Below are positions 9,256 through 18,985 of a stretch of DNA of 64,000 bases, piece after piece. The notes beneath the pieces are model-generated. The model was not told where the DNA came from. It saw only the letters and a list, made by a program, of their open reading frames with translations, and searched no databases. The stretch is from Myxococcota bacterium. GTDB taxonomy: Bacteria > Myxococcota_A > Polyangia > Polyangiales > Houyiibacteriaceae. The translations under genes were made by a program, and so were the position numbers. The stretch lies in contig JBCCEA010000004.1 of assembly GCA_039030515.1 (NCBI GenBank), positions 32,001 to 96,000 on the forward strand, read 5' to 3'. The stretch's first letter is position 1. Every line of letters begins with the position of its first letter.

Positions 9256-9822
9256 TCACTCGAGGTCTCCTGCGATACCCAAACTCTGAAAGTCGATTTC
9301 GTCCTCCCCAGCAAGATCCAGTTCGAAGTTCACTCCATCCATATCGTCTAAACGTTCGAGAGCCGGCAAGTGGGTCGCATCGTCATCGTCGAACATCGCA
9401 GGACTGAGGTCACTATCGCGGTCCGTTTTTTCGGCCCTTTGACCTGGAGGGCCCTCCGGTTCGCCCTCTGCCTCAAACTCGATTCCGAGCTCTTCGATGC
9501 CGAGCATTTCACCCCCTTCAGCCCATCCGTATTCATCCCGCACAGGGGTTAGTTCTTCTACATCGAACAGCGAAGCGTCAGTATCGTTGTCGGCAGTCCA
9601 CACAGTTCCCTCCAGCGCAAGGCCGTCCAGTGCTTCGGAAGCTAACTCCAACTCGGAGAGATCGGGGGAGCTCGTCACGTGATCAAGTCGATCGGACTTT
9701 ACACGCCACTCCTCGAGGTCCAGCTCGTCCAAACCCAGCGCCTCCTCGTCCTCCAGGGCAAGTGCTGGCAGTGATAGGATCGCCAATTCGTCCTCCAGTC
9801 CATCATAGTTCGTGTCGGGCAT
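9256..9822 (-). CDS. Highly acidic hypothetical protein
   Basis: 188 aa, about 30% Asp+Glu by hand count, few Lys/Arg; GGAGG SD upstream. Confidence 0.65.
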   Translation of the reverse strand: MPDTNYDGLEDELAILSLPALALEDEEALGLDELDLEEWRVKSDRLDHVTSSPDLSELELASEALDGLALEGTVWTADNDTDASLFDVEELTPVRDEYGWAEGGEMLGIEELGIEFEAEGEPEGPPGQRAEKTDRDSDLSPAMFDDDDATHLPALERLDDMDGVNFELDLAGEDEIDFQSLGIAGDLE

Positions 9823-9909
9823 CGCCTATCCTCCCCCGTTGGAATCTATCGTTGCGACGAGGCCGCGTATCATAGCAAAACGAGCGGAGTAAGGATCGCC
9901 TGCATTGCC

Positions 9910-10623
9910 CTACGGCGACAGCAGCTTGGCCATCACCTGCTGAAGATCCTGCCATACGACTCGCTTGAACTCGGGGCTCCGCAAAAGAAACGCCGGGTGA
10001 TACGTAGGCATCACGGGATACCCTCGAAAAGTACGCCATGTTCCCCTCCAGCGCCGGTTGTCTCTCGGCACACATCCAAGGTTTTCTGCAGCACATTTGC
10101 CGAGCGCCACGATCACCTTCGGATGGACCTGATCTATCTGGGGAACGAGAAATCTGGAGCACGCGTTGGCCTCGGCCGCAACCGGCGTACGATTGTTGGG
10201 CGGACGGCACTTAACTACGTTGCAGATATATACTGAGTCTCCGTCCAGCCCCATCGCGGCGATCATCTTGTCGAGCAACTGCCCCGCCGGTCCCACGAAA
10301 GGAACGCCTTGCTGATCTTCGTGAAATCCTGGCCCTTCACCAAGAAAGAGCAGATCGGCATCTGCAGTGCCGCGAGAAAAAACACTATGGGTCCGCCCTC
10401 GATGTAGCTCGCAATCGGTGCATTGCTCCGCCTCACGCTGCAGCACGGACAAAGGTTCAGCGAGTGACGTTTCTTTTTGTATCGAGACCCTTTGTTCTTG
10501 GGGCTTGGGGGCAGATTTGCTCGGATCGAACACAAGACCGCCAACTCCCGAGCGTTCCTCCCAATCGAGAAGGCTACGTGTCAGCGCAGATAAAGCCGCC
10601 AACTCCTTCGCAAATTCGATCAC
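9910..10623 (-). CDS. udg: Uracil-DNA glycosylase, family 4 (Fe-S)
   Basis: CTDCEL, GEGPG, PFVGPAG, NVVKCRPPNNR, YHPA. Confidence 0.95.
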   Translation of the reverse strand: MIEFAKELAALSALTRSLLDWEERSGVGGLVFDPSKSAPKPQEQRVSIQKETSLAEPLSVLQREAEQCTDCELHRGRTHSVFSRGTADADLLFLGEGPGFHEDQQGVPFVGPAGQLLDKMIAAMGLDGDSVYICNVVKCRPPNNRTPVAAEANACSRFLVPQIDQVHPKVIVALGKCAAENLGCVPRDNRRWRGTWRTFRGYPVMPTYHPAFLLRSPEFKRVVWQDLQQVMAKLLSP

Positions 10624-10662
10624 GCTTGGGAGATAGTCTGATGCAGACCTCGCGACAACACA

Positions 10663-10692
10663 TTGACGAGCGAGGCTTCGTTTGGCTACGTT
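10663..10692 (+). promoter_or_regulatory. Candidate sigma-70 promoter for the phosphatase/ugd genes
   Basis: TTGACG-18 nt-TACGTT, 35 nt upstream of GTG 10728 (GGGAGG SD). Confidence 0.4.
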
Positions 10693-10727
10693 CCATTATG
10701 GCTGGACAAACGGGAGGACTCTAACTC

Positions 10728-11507
10728 GTGACCCTGGGTGCGCGTGTGCTCGCCGTCGGAGAAACGAATGTGGGTATGAGGCGTGCCCACAACGAGGACA
10801 GCTTCGACGTGATTAGCGATGAGCATCTCTACATCGTTGCGGACGGCATGGGGGGTCACGCTTCTGGTGAAGTCGCCAGTACGATGTCGATCGAGACGCT
10901 GCGAGAGTTCTTCAAGGCCACCAAAGACGACCCCGAGGCCACTTGGCCCTACAAGATGGACAAGTCGCGTGGCTACGAAGAAAACCGTCTTATTACGGGC
11001 ATTAAGCTAGCAAACCTCCGTATATTCGAGGCCGCACAGCGCGACCCGAAACTCAGAGGAATGGGTACGACGGTGGTCGGTGTACTGGTCGTGGAGGAGG
11101 GAGTCCTGATCGCACACGTTGGCGACTCGCGGGTCTACCGCCTCCGGGATGGTGAGCTCCAACAGCTCACCGAAGATCACTCGCTGCTCAACGACTACAT
11201 CAAGATGAAAAAGCTCTCCGAAGAAGAGATCGCAAACTTTCCGCATAAAAATGTGATCGTACGTGCGCTCGGCATGAAAGAGAGCGTCAAGGTGGACATC
11301 CAGCTCGATCGTCCCAACCACGGCGACGTTTATCTGCTTTGCAGCGATGGATTGTGCGGACCGGTGACCGACGCTGAAATCGCCGAGCTGCTCCTTTCAC
11401 ACCAAGATCTCAAATCCGCAGGCAGCGCTTTGATTCAAAAGGCAAACGCGAACGGGGGACCGGACAACATCACGGTGGTGCTCGCGAAGGTCATGGGAAC
11501 CGGCTGA
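10728..11507 (+). CDS. pph1: PP2C/Stp1-family Ser/Thr phosphatase (Pph1-like)
   Basis: RxxNEDS, VADGMGGH, GMGTT, HVGDSR, CSDGL, GGPDNIT; myxobacterial ATWPYKMD insert. Confidence 0.9.
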   Translation: MTLGARVLAVGETNVGMRRAHNEDSFDVISDEHLYIVADGMGGHASGEVASTMSIETLREFFKATKDDPEATWPYKMDKSRGYEENRLITGIKLANLRIFEAAQRDPKLRGMGTTVVGVLVVEEGVLIAHVGDSRVYRLRDGELQQLTEDHSLLNDYIKMKKLSEEEIANFPHKNVIVRALGMKESVKVDIQLDRPNHGDVYLLCSDGLCGPVTDAEIAELLLSHQDLKSAGSALIQKANANGGPDNITVVLAKVMGTG

Positions 11508-11616
11508 TCGCTGAGACCTGTCCGAGCGACTTCTCAGGAGCGCACCAGCATATCGACGCAGCCTCTTGCCGTGATCGTCCATGCCGGTTACACCATCCGG
11601 CAAAGGAACGGCGCTC

Positions 11617-12957
11617 ATGAAGATCTGTATGGTAGGCACCGGATACGTCGGTTTGGTTTCCGGAGCTGGATTTGCTGAGACTGGAACCAACGTGAGCTGC
11701 GTCGACGTCGACGCGGAGAAGATCAAGCAACTTCAGTCCGGTGAGATCCCAATATTTGAGCCAGGTCTCGATACCTTGGTGGCGCGCAACGTAGCCGGGG
11801 GACGGCTTACGTTCAGCAACGACGTCTCCGAAGTCATGTGTGCTTCCGATGTAGTGTTCATCACGGTGGGCACACCTCGTCGCCCGGACGGCGCAGCCGA
11901 CTTGCGCGCGGTCGACCGGGTAGCCGAAACCCTCGCCAACCACGTCCAGCGAGAAACTGTAGTCGTTCTGAAGAGCACCGTGCCCGTCGGCACCAACGCT
12001 CGAGTGCGACGCATCGTCGCCGACGCGAAATACAAGGTGCACGTCGTTTCCAACCCAGAATTCCTCAAAGAGGGAGATGCGGTGAACGACTTCCTTAAGC
12101 CCGACCGCATTGTCGTAGGCTGTGACGAGGACGACGATGTGGCCAAAACCGCTATGAGCCGCCTCTACCATCCCGTCTGTCTCGACCACGACCGCATTGT
12201 GTGGATGGACCCGGCGAGCGCTGAACTGACCAAGTACGTGGCCAATACCATGCTGGCGATGCGGGTATCTTTCATGAACGAAGTCTCCAATCTATGTGAG
12301 AAAGTAGGCGCAGACATTCATCGAGTGCGCGTCGGAGTCGGCAGCGATGAGAGGATAGGATCACGGTTTCTCTACGCTGGACCCGGTTACGGTGGTTCAT
12401 GTTTCCCGAAAGACGTCAGCGCCCTTGTTCACACAGCGGAGGAATACGGCATGCAGCTAGAGCTCGCAGCCGCCACGGATCGGGTAAATCACCGTCAAAA
12501 AGGGCTCGCCATGCGAAAGCTAAAGTCGCACTTTGGCGGCGATCTTCGGAGCAGAAAGATTGCGGTCTGGGGCGTGGCATTCAAACCGCGCACCGACGAT
12601 ATTCGCGAGTCTCCATCCCTTACCCTCATCGACGGGCTCCTGGCAGAAGGCGCAGAGGTAGCAGTTCACGATCCGGAGGCGAGTCATGAAGCCCGTGAAC
12701 GATATGGAAACCGAATCGAGATCGTCAACGATGCTTATGAGGCCGCTCGCAATGCAGACGCCTTAGTTCATATGACGGAGTGGAGGATGTACCAGAATCC
12801 GAACTTCGAGCGACTAAGAGAACTGCTGCGTCATCCACTCCTACTCGATGCGCGCAACATATGGACAAGCTATCAACTGAATGCTCAAGGCTTCCACTAC
12901 ATGGGAATCGGAACTCGAAATGCAGATTCCCAAGCCGGAGCCGGCGAAGCCCAATAA
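11617..12957 (+). CDS. ugd: UDP-glucose 6-dehydrogenase
   Basis: GTGYVGL, KSTVPVG, SNPEFLKEG, catalytic GYGGSCFPKD, AFKPRTDDIRES. Confidence 0.95.
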   Translation: MKICMVGTGYVGLVSGAGFAETGTNVSCVDVDAEKIKQLQSGEIPIFEPGLDTLVARNVAGGRLTFSNDVSEVMCASDVVFITVGTPRRPDGAADLRAVDRVAETLANHVQRETVVVLKSTVPVGTNARVRRIVADAKYKVHVVSNPEFLKEGDAVNDFLKPDRIVVGCDEDDDVAKTAMSRLYHPVCLDHDRIVWMDPASAELTKYVANTMLAMRVSFMNEVSNLCEKVGADIHRVRVGVGSDERIGSRFLYAGPGYGGSCFPKDVSALVHTAEEYGMQLELAAATDRVNHRQKGLAMRKLKSHFGGDLRSRKIAVWGVAFKPRTDDIRESPSLTLIDGLLAEGAEVAVHDPEASHEARERYGNRIEIVNDAYEAARNADALVHMTEWRMYQNPNFERLRELLRHPLLLDARNIWTSYQLNAQGFHYMGIGTRNADSQAGAGEAQ

Positions 12958-13053
12958 CTCAACTCGCAAGCGTCGGCTTCTGAGCACAACATCCGTGAGT
13001 TCCTAGAGAACAAACTCGATAAAGATCAACAGCGCGGTTATCATCTCGGGTCG

Positions 13054-14343
13054 ATGGAACTTCGGCGCAAGATCGAAGAGGGGCAGGCTCAAATTGGAGT
13101 CATCGGCCTCGGTTACGTTGGTCTCCCACTTGTATTTCTGTTCTCCGAGGAGGGTTTCCCAGTCATCGGTCTGGACAGCGATCAGTCTAAGCTCAAACAA
13201 CTTCGGGCGGGTCGGTCGTACATCCGTCACCTGCCCAGTGAACGAGTCCAGCAAGCCCTCCAATCTGGGCTGATCATCGAATCACACTTTGAAGCGTTGA
13301 AATCATGCGATGTGATTTTGATTTGTGTTCCAACTCCGCTTTCTGCACATCGCGAGCCTGATCTCAGTTACGTCATCAACTGCTGCCGCTCTATCGCGCC
13401 ATTTTGTGATGAGACACTGGTAATTCTTGAATCGACCACCTACCCGGGAACCACTCTTGAAATCGTACGACCGATTTTAGAGTCTCACGGATCAACCCCT
13501 TGGGTTGCCTACTCACCCGAACGAGAGGATCCGAACAACCCGAAGTTTGCGACCGAAGCGATTCCCAAACTGGTGGGAGCGGACGATCCGGAGTCACTTA
13601 GTGCGGCGACGGCTCTATACCGGAAAATCATAGCCCGCGTCGTGGCCTTGGAATCATCTAAAGTGGCAGAAGCCGCAAAGCTACTTGAAAACACTTTTCG
13701 GGCAGTCAACATCGCCTTGGTCAATGAGTTAAAGGTTGTATTTGATCGAATGGGCATCGACATTTGGCAGGTCGTCGATGCGGCAGCAACCAAGCCTTTT
13801 GGCTTCATGCGCTTCGATCCAGGCCCAGGACTTGGAGGTCATTGTATTCCAGTGGATCCCTTCTATCTGGCTTGGAAAGCAAAGGAATACGGACTCTCGA
13901 TGCGCTTCATCGAAATGTCCGGCGAGATCAATCGATCCATGCCGAACTACGTGATCTACCGAACTATGCGAGCGTTATCCGAGCGCGGAAAAGGGCTTTT
14001 GGATCTCCAGATCCTGATTGTGGGCATCGCATATAAGAAAAATGTAGACGATGCTAGAGAGTCACCTGCATATCAGCTCATCGATAAGCTCGAAGGTCAC
14101 GGTGCCCGCGTTGACTATCATGATGACTACCTGCCCGTCCTACCCTCCTCACGTGACCATGCAACTTTGGCGGGGCGTCAAAGCGTAAGTTTAACGCGAG
14201 TCTCAGAATACGACGCGGTTCTCATCGCAACGGCTCACGACTATATCGACTGGGATGAGCTATGGGAGCAGGCATCGCTAATTATCGACACCCGAGGTGT
14301 CTACCGTCACCTTCAAAATAAAGAAAAGTTGGTGAAAGCTTGA
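13054..14343 (+). CDS. wbpA: Nucleotide-sugar dehydrogenase, WbpA-like (UDP-GlcNAc 6-dehydrogenase)
   Basis: GLGYVGLP, ESTTYPGTT, SPEREDP, KLLENTFR, GGHCIPVDP. Confidence 0.85.
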   Translation: MELRRKIEEGQAQIGVIGLGYVGLPLVFLFSEEGFPVIGLDSDQSKLKQLRAGRSYIRHLPSERVQQALQSGLIIESHFEALKSCDVILICVPTPLSAHREPDLSYVINCCRSIAPFCDETLVILESTTYPGTTLEIVRPILESHGSTPWVAYSPEREDPNNPKFATEAIPKLVGADDPESLSAATALYRKIIARVVALESSKVAEAAKLLENTFRAVNIALVNELKVVFDRMGIDIWQVVDAAATKPFGFMRFDPGPGLGGHCIPVDPFYLAWKAKEYGLSMRFIEMSGEINRSMPNYVIYRTMRALSERGKGLLDLQILIVGIAYKKNVDDARESPAYQLIDKLEGHGARVDYHDDYLPVLPSSRDHATLAGRQSVSLTRVSEYDAVLIATAHDYIDWDELWEQASLIIDTRGVYRHLQNKEKLVKA

Positions 14344-15377
14344 AACCGTTACGCGTTGCGATGGTGGGCGCTGGGCGAATCTCCAAACAACATCTTGCGG
14401 CGTTCGATTTAGCCACCGAGAGCGTTCAGCTTGTCGGAGTCTGTGATGCCGACAAAAAGGCCGCCGAGTCTTGTGCACGCGAGCGGAACGTCCCAGCGGT
14501 AGCGTCTATGGAGGACGTGCTCTTGATGAAGCCAGAGGCTGTCCTCTTAGGTACTCCATCCGGCCTACATGCTGAGCAAGCGTCATTTTTTCTCGAGAGA
14601 AGCATTCATGTAATTACAGAGAAGCCTCTTGCAGTCGATGTGCACGACGCTGCGAAAGTATGCGTCGATCAGTCGACAAGCCACGGCAAGGTGTTTGTCC
14701 TACAACAGCTTCGCACTTTGGCTATCGTCCAACAGATCAAGGAACTGTTGGCCAACCAATGCTTCGGAGTTTTAGCCGTAGCTCAGGTAAATGTATTTCG
14801 GACGCGCCCTCAAGCGTATTTTGACGCAGTACCTTGGCGGGGAAACCAAGAGCTCGATGGAGGCGCATTGCTCAATCAGGCCTCTCACTACCTCGATCTC
14901 TTACTTTGGTTTTTGGACGCGGTTCGTCAGGTGCGTGGCATCTCGCGCACGCTCGCACGAGACATCGAAAGTGAGGACTCGGTGGTGGCGTCGATTGAAT
15001 TTGAGTCCGGTGCCCTTGCGACGGTGTCCTGCACGGTGCTGAGCTATCCTAGGGACTTTGAAGATTCGATCACCCTGATTGGAACCGAAGGCACTCTAAA
15101 AATCCGAGGTAAAACGCTCCAAAATATCGATACGTTCACCTTTAAACATGACGAGTCGCTTCAGCCGAACATTGGGGACGACACCTCTCTTGGAATGCTG
15201 CATGCACGCTACTTTCAAGAAGTCTGCTTAGCGCTAAGAGCAAAACGAACTCCAGGATGCATAGCGACAGCAGAAGAAGGCTTTCAACTTGTCTCTCTGA
15301 TCAATGCGATACATCGATCGAGCACGACCCAGAGAGCAGAGTCACCCTATCGAATCGAAGAACTCAAAGGCCCATGA
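14340..15377 (+). CDS. wbpB: Gfo/Idh/MocA oxidoreductase, WbpB/WlbA-like (UDP-GlcNAcA 3-dehydrogenase)
   Basis: GAGRIS, TPSGLH, EKP, RPQAYF..WRG..DGGALLNQASHYLD; TTGA overlap with the upstream gene. Confidence 0.8.
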   Translation: MKPLRVAMVGAGRISKQHLAAFDLATESVQLVGVCDADKKAAESCARERNVPAVASMEDVLLMKPEAVLLGTPSGLHAEQASFFLERSIHVITEKPLAVDVHDAAKVCVDQSTSHGKVFVLQQLRTLAIVQQIKELLANQCFGVLAVAQVNVFRTRPQAYFDAVPWRGNQELDGGALLNQASHYLDLLLWFLDAVRQVRGISRTLARDIESEDSVVASIEFESGALATVSCTVLSYPRDFEDSITLIGTEGTLKIRGKTLQNIDTFTFKHDESLQPNIGDDTSLGMLHARYFQEVCLALRAKRTPGCIATAEEGFQLVSLINAIHRSSTTQRAESPYRIEELKGP

Positions 15378-16054
15378 CAGCCCCGTTCAATCCGGTAGCG
15401 CGGCCCTACTATCGGCATGAAACAGCAGAGGTCGATGGGGAGTCCGAGGCGAATGACTTCTGCGACCCGAAAATCGGACGCGGCACCAAAATCTGGCATC
15501 ACGCTCATGTAATGCGTGGCGCTCAAGTCGGTCCACACTCAGTGCTCGGTCAGAACAGCTACATCGCCGCAACCGCCATTGTTGGAGAGGGGTGTCGGCT
15601 TCAAAACAACGTCAATGTGTACGATGGGGTTAGGTTAGGTAACTACGTATTTTGCGGTCCGCAAATGACTTTCACCAACCTCTCGACGCCGCTGCCCAGA
15701 GCTGCAATCTCACGTCGAGATTCCTACCAGAACACCATCGTTGGAGACCATGCCTCATTTGGCGCAGCGAGCGTTGTGATCTGTGGAACACAGATAGGCG
15801 AAGGTGCCTTCATCGCTGCGGGCGCCGTGGTCACACGTGATGTACCGGCGTTCACCATCGTAGCTGGATGCCCTGCAAGACCCCTAGGTTGGGCTTGTCT
15901 TTGCGGGGCTCGCCTCAACTTCACCGGAAAAAATTCAAACTCCTACCGATGCGAGGCCGAGGTGCCCCCACATATAGGGCATCCCGGTGGTTGTTGCGGT
16001 AGGGTGTTTACCAGAGACAAAGAGGGCTTGGTCGCGCTCGAAAACCGCACATAA
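15374..16054 (+). CDS. wbpD: Hexapeptide N-acetyltransferase, WbpD/WlbB-like
   Basis: IGRGTKIWH, QNNVNVYDGV, FCGPQMTFTN, GAVVTRDV, GWACLCG; ATGA overlap at 15374. Confidence 0.85.
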   Translation: MTAPFNPVARPYYRHETAEVDGESEANDFCDPKIGRGTKIWHHAHVMRGAQVGPHSVLGQNSYIAATAIVGEGCRLQNNVNVYDGVRLGNYVFCGPQMTFTNLSTPLPRAAISRRDSYQNTIVGDHASFGAASVVICGTQIGEGAFIAAGAVVTRDVPAFTIVAGCPARPLGWACLCGARLNFTGKNSNSYRCEAEVPPHIGHPGGCCGRVFTRDKEGLVALENRT

Positions 16055-16069
16055 TTTTCGGCTTCTCGA

Positions 16070-16669
16070 TCAAAATACGCGCTGAGGTACGTAAATCAGG
16101 TCTCCAGACTGCAAGAGGAAATCCTCAGTGCGCCCTCTAGTTACCTCCCGCACTGGAACACGGAAACGTCGCAAACTACCGTCTACCTTCCGAGTCACCA
16201 CCGTCGAGTTTTCATCAGCAATATTTGTAAACCCTCCAGCAAGGCTCACGGCCTGGGCCACGGTTAACCCGCTGGATATTTGAAACGAACCGGGGTTACG
16301 TACTTCACCCACGATGCTAATTTTCTTGGAGTTATACTCCTCGACCAGAACGGTAACTTGCGGCTGCTGCAAATACCCCTCTGCTCGAAGACCTTCGGCG
16401 ATACGTTCCGCCACTTGGAATGGCTGCATTCCTGCGACATTTAACTCCCCGATGAAGGGAAAAACGAAACTTCCCGAACTGCCTACTTGATAAGTGCCCG
16501 ACAGTTCTTCTTCGCCATACACTCGAACTGAGAAAATATCACTAACGCCCAAGCTACTGTCGTCTTGCACCACTGTAGGATCTACTGGAGATGCAGTTTG
16601 GCTTGAGACACAGCTTAAGAGTGAAGCGCAACAAAGGACAAAGACTCGACCGTCAACAGTACATTTCAT
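16070..16669 (-). CDS. wza: Short OPX / Wza-type polysaccharide export lipoprotein (Poly_export + SLBB, no C-terminal OM helix)
   Basis: Lipobox LLSC; LGVSDIFSVRVYGEEELSG, FPFIG, VGEVRNPG, LAGGF, LQSGDLIYVP; only 199 aa. Confidence 0.9.
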   Translation of the reverse strand: MKCTVDGRVFVLCCASLLSCVSSQTASPVDPTVVQDDSSLGVSDIFSVRVYGEEELSGTYQVGSSGSFVFPFIGELNVAGMQPFQVAERIAEGLRAEGYLQQPQVTVLVEEYNSKKISIVGEVRNPGSFQISSGLTVAQAVSLAGGFTNIADENSTVVTRKVDGSLRRFRVPVREVTRGRTEDFLLQSGDLIYVPQRVF

Positions 16670-16705
16670 TACAATTTTCTTACAAGCTCAAGATAGGCGG
16701 GCGGT

Positions 16706-18064
16706 CTAGTAGAACACGCGAACGCCGCTCCACGCCTCGAACTTTGAAAACTCGGCCGCGTCAACGCTAGACGTTCCGCGATCGACAGAGAAATCGAAAT
16801 CTGTGAAGTCTGCTCGGTAAAGAACCGTGCCGTTGAGCGCAAGCCAATCGGTCGCGCGATACTCGGCAAAGATACCTGCGTGAAGCAGAGCATCGCTTCG
16901 CTCTTCTCCGGGATCGGTTCCGAGACTGGTCGCGCCGAAATTCAGGAAGTTGACAGAGAAATCGGCTCCCAACAACAACGCGCCCAACGCGAGGGCCTGT
17001 ACTCTGGTGTAGAGACGATCTCTAGACTGAAAGTTTCCCATGAATGCTCGAGCAAATGTACGATCGTAACCAAAGGAAACACTGGAGGATTCACCTATGG
17101 ATAGGCGACCTTCCAACTGTCCGACAACTGACTCGTACTCATCCCCTGCAAAATCGTCGGTATCGTAGAAACCGACGGCATATCCGACAAGGGCGCGCAA
17201 CGAGAAACGTTGGGTGAACGCACCGTCGATTCCAACTCGGGTTTGAAACCTCCGGTGGTCGTTTAGCTCCGTAACAGCGGGAGCCGTTCCCGCATCGGTA
17301 TCAAGGTAGTCGGAGAAGACGAATTCCGCATCGTACAAGAGTGCCGTCTGCGGCAGAAAACGCCATGTCCAGGCACCCTCAACGACATGTTCGATGCTGC
17401 TCGCATACCGAAAGCTGTCGCCCTCGAAATAATCCAGACGCATCCGGTACCCGGCTCCACCACGCAGTACTCCGCCGCGAGTTTGTGCTTGAAAAGCCAA
17501 TCCCAAGTCATTTTGACTACGGGCGTAATTGTCGCTCGGACCATTCTCGGTGAATGGACGGATGGTACGTCCGAAGGATTCGGTGAACGTGAGCGAGAAA
17601 GGTCTCCCGGGCATAACCCGGAGTCGGACATCCGCATCTGCGCCCAGATTGCTTCGCGCCTCGGTCTCGAAGTAATGGAAGTAGTTGGCTGAAAGGCCTG
17701 CACGCAAATCCACTTTTCGCATCGCAGCCTGCGCATCTCCCTCCGATCGCTCTCCACCAAGCGTGGAGAGGTAGAGGTGCGGTGTAACCCTCAACACTGC
17801 ACTGCTGTCGGGATTGTCCTGCGAGAAGAAGACGTTAGAATCGTAACCCATTTCGAGTCCGACGCCGGGATGCAGCTCCAAGTTACCCACACGGAACCCG
17901 ATCCCTTCGGTTCGGTCCCTATCTTCGAGCCATCCAGGAGCGTCAGACCGAGTGTACCTAACCTGAGCGCTCACCTCAGCCAACGGCAACGACCCGTATG
18001 TACAAATAGAAACGACCGTAATTATCCAAAAGCAGGCGTTTCTTAAGTCAATATTCGGCATCAT
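16706..18064 (-). CDS. Outer-membrane beta-barrel, EpsX/ExoB/Wzp-like partner of short OPX proteins
   Basis: Signal peptide; G.ELHPGVGLEMGYDSNVF start typical of BBP2-type barrels; amphipathic strands; ends in an aromatic residue (GVRVFY); adjacent to OPX. Confidence 0.75.
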   Translation of the reverse strand: MMPNIDLRNACFWIITVVSICTYGSLPLAEVSAQVRYTRSDAPGWLEDRDRTEGIGFRVGNLELHPGVGLEMGYDSNVFFSQDNPDSSAVLRVTPHLYLSTLGGERSEGDAQAAMRKVDLRAGLSANYFHYFETEARSNLGADADVRLRVMPGRPFSLTFTESFGRTIRPFTENGPSDNYARSQNDLGLAFQAQTRGGVLRGGAGYRMRLDYFEGDSFRYASSIEHVVEGAWTWRFLPQTALLYDAEFVFSDYLDTDAGTAPAVTELNDHRRFQTRVGIDGAFTQRFSLRALVGYAVGFYDTDDFAGDEYESVVGQLEGRLSIGESSSVSFGYDRTFARAFMGNFQSRDRLYTRVQALALGALLLGADFSVNFLNFGATSLGTDPGEERSDALLHAGIFAEYRATDWLALNGTVLYRADFTDFDFSVDRGTSSVDAAEFSKFEAWSGVRVFY

Positions 18065-18230
18065 CCCCGTTCTCTCCGTAAGGCGGTGGGGCCGGGAAAC
18101 AGTGTGACCCCAATTAGGCGGCTCATCCGAGTGTCAATTTCTGGTGCGGCGTCTCTGGGTGCTGTCTTCGGTTGTTAGCCAAAACGAAACCAGGCAGTCC
18201 GCGCCAGCGCCCGATTTCTGACGCACCTTA

Positions 18231-18821
18231 CTACATAGAGGGGCTTTCCGGGGGAGGGATAAAAGGAATCGCGACAGAAGGCGGGCCTGCAACGGTTCCT
18301 GGACGCTCGGCTGGCGTCGACGGATCGACGCTGGTGGTCACCTGAGTCGCCCCGGTGTCATACAAGTCCGTGCCGATGCACTGATTAGCCTCTTGTTCTA
18401 GGACATCTAGCTTCTGAGCAAGAACACTTAAAATGGTAAAGTGATGATTTCTCTGATCTCCGCCCTGATCGATCGCCGTGCGTAAGGATTCCTGCCGAGC
18501 TCGTATGGCCTGGCGATTTGCGTTGATTTGCGCAAGCTTGTCGTTCAGGCACGTCACGCGAATGATATCCTGTTCTCGCCTGGACTCATTGAGCATGAGA
18601 CTGACGCGCCGGGATATTTGCTCACCTCTACGGATCAAAGATTCGCCACGCTCCAACTGCTCTTGGGCACGAATGTCTACGCTCTGGCGAACTTCAAACG
18701 AGCCACCCTCATCTTGACCATCTTCGCTGGACTCACCGTCTGCTTGCGCATGCACAATGTTGCTCGAGCTTGCGATCATCAGAGCGAGTAAACTTGAAAA
18801 AAACGATTTAGTTCTGAGCAT
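18231..18821 (-). CDS. Secreted coiled-coil hypothetical protein with two Cys
   Basis: Signal peptide (..VHA-QAD), DIIRVTCLNDKL...EANQCIG, Pro-rich tail; start at MLRTK (18821) preferred over 18878. Confidence 0.75.
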   Translation of the reverse strand: MLRTKSFFSSLLALMIASSSNIVHAQADGESSEDGQDEGGSFEVRQSVDIRAQEQLERGESLIRRGEQISRRVSLMLNESRREQDIIRVTCLNDKLAQINANRQAIRARQESLRTAIDQGGDQRNHHFTILSVLAQKLDVLEQEANQCIGTDLYDTGATQVTTSVDPSTPAERPGTVAGPPSVAIPFIPPPESPSM

Positions 18822-18985
18822 TTTGCGCCATCCACAACATCTTTTGCAATCCCCGAAAATGGTATACGTGAAGTGCATTATCTACAAGAACTTGGATCGT
18901 TCACGCCAGAGGACAACGCGTAGCATCAAGCCGCCACTACCTTCAACTAGGATTGACTCCATGACCTGCTTTACGGCTTCCATTT

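Noticed and set aside
18075..18100. GGCGGTGG as an ops/JUMPstart element before the barrel gene
   Set aside because: Wrong strand for the minus-strand genes and an imperfect match
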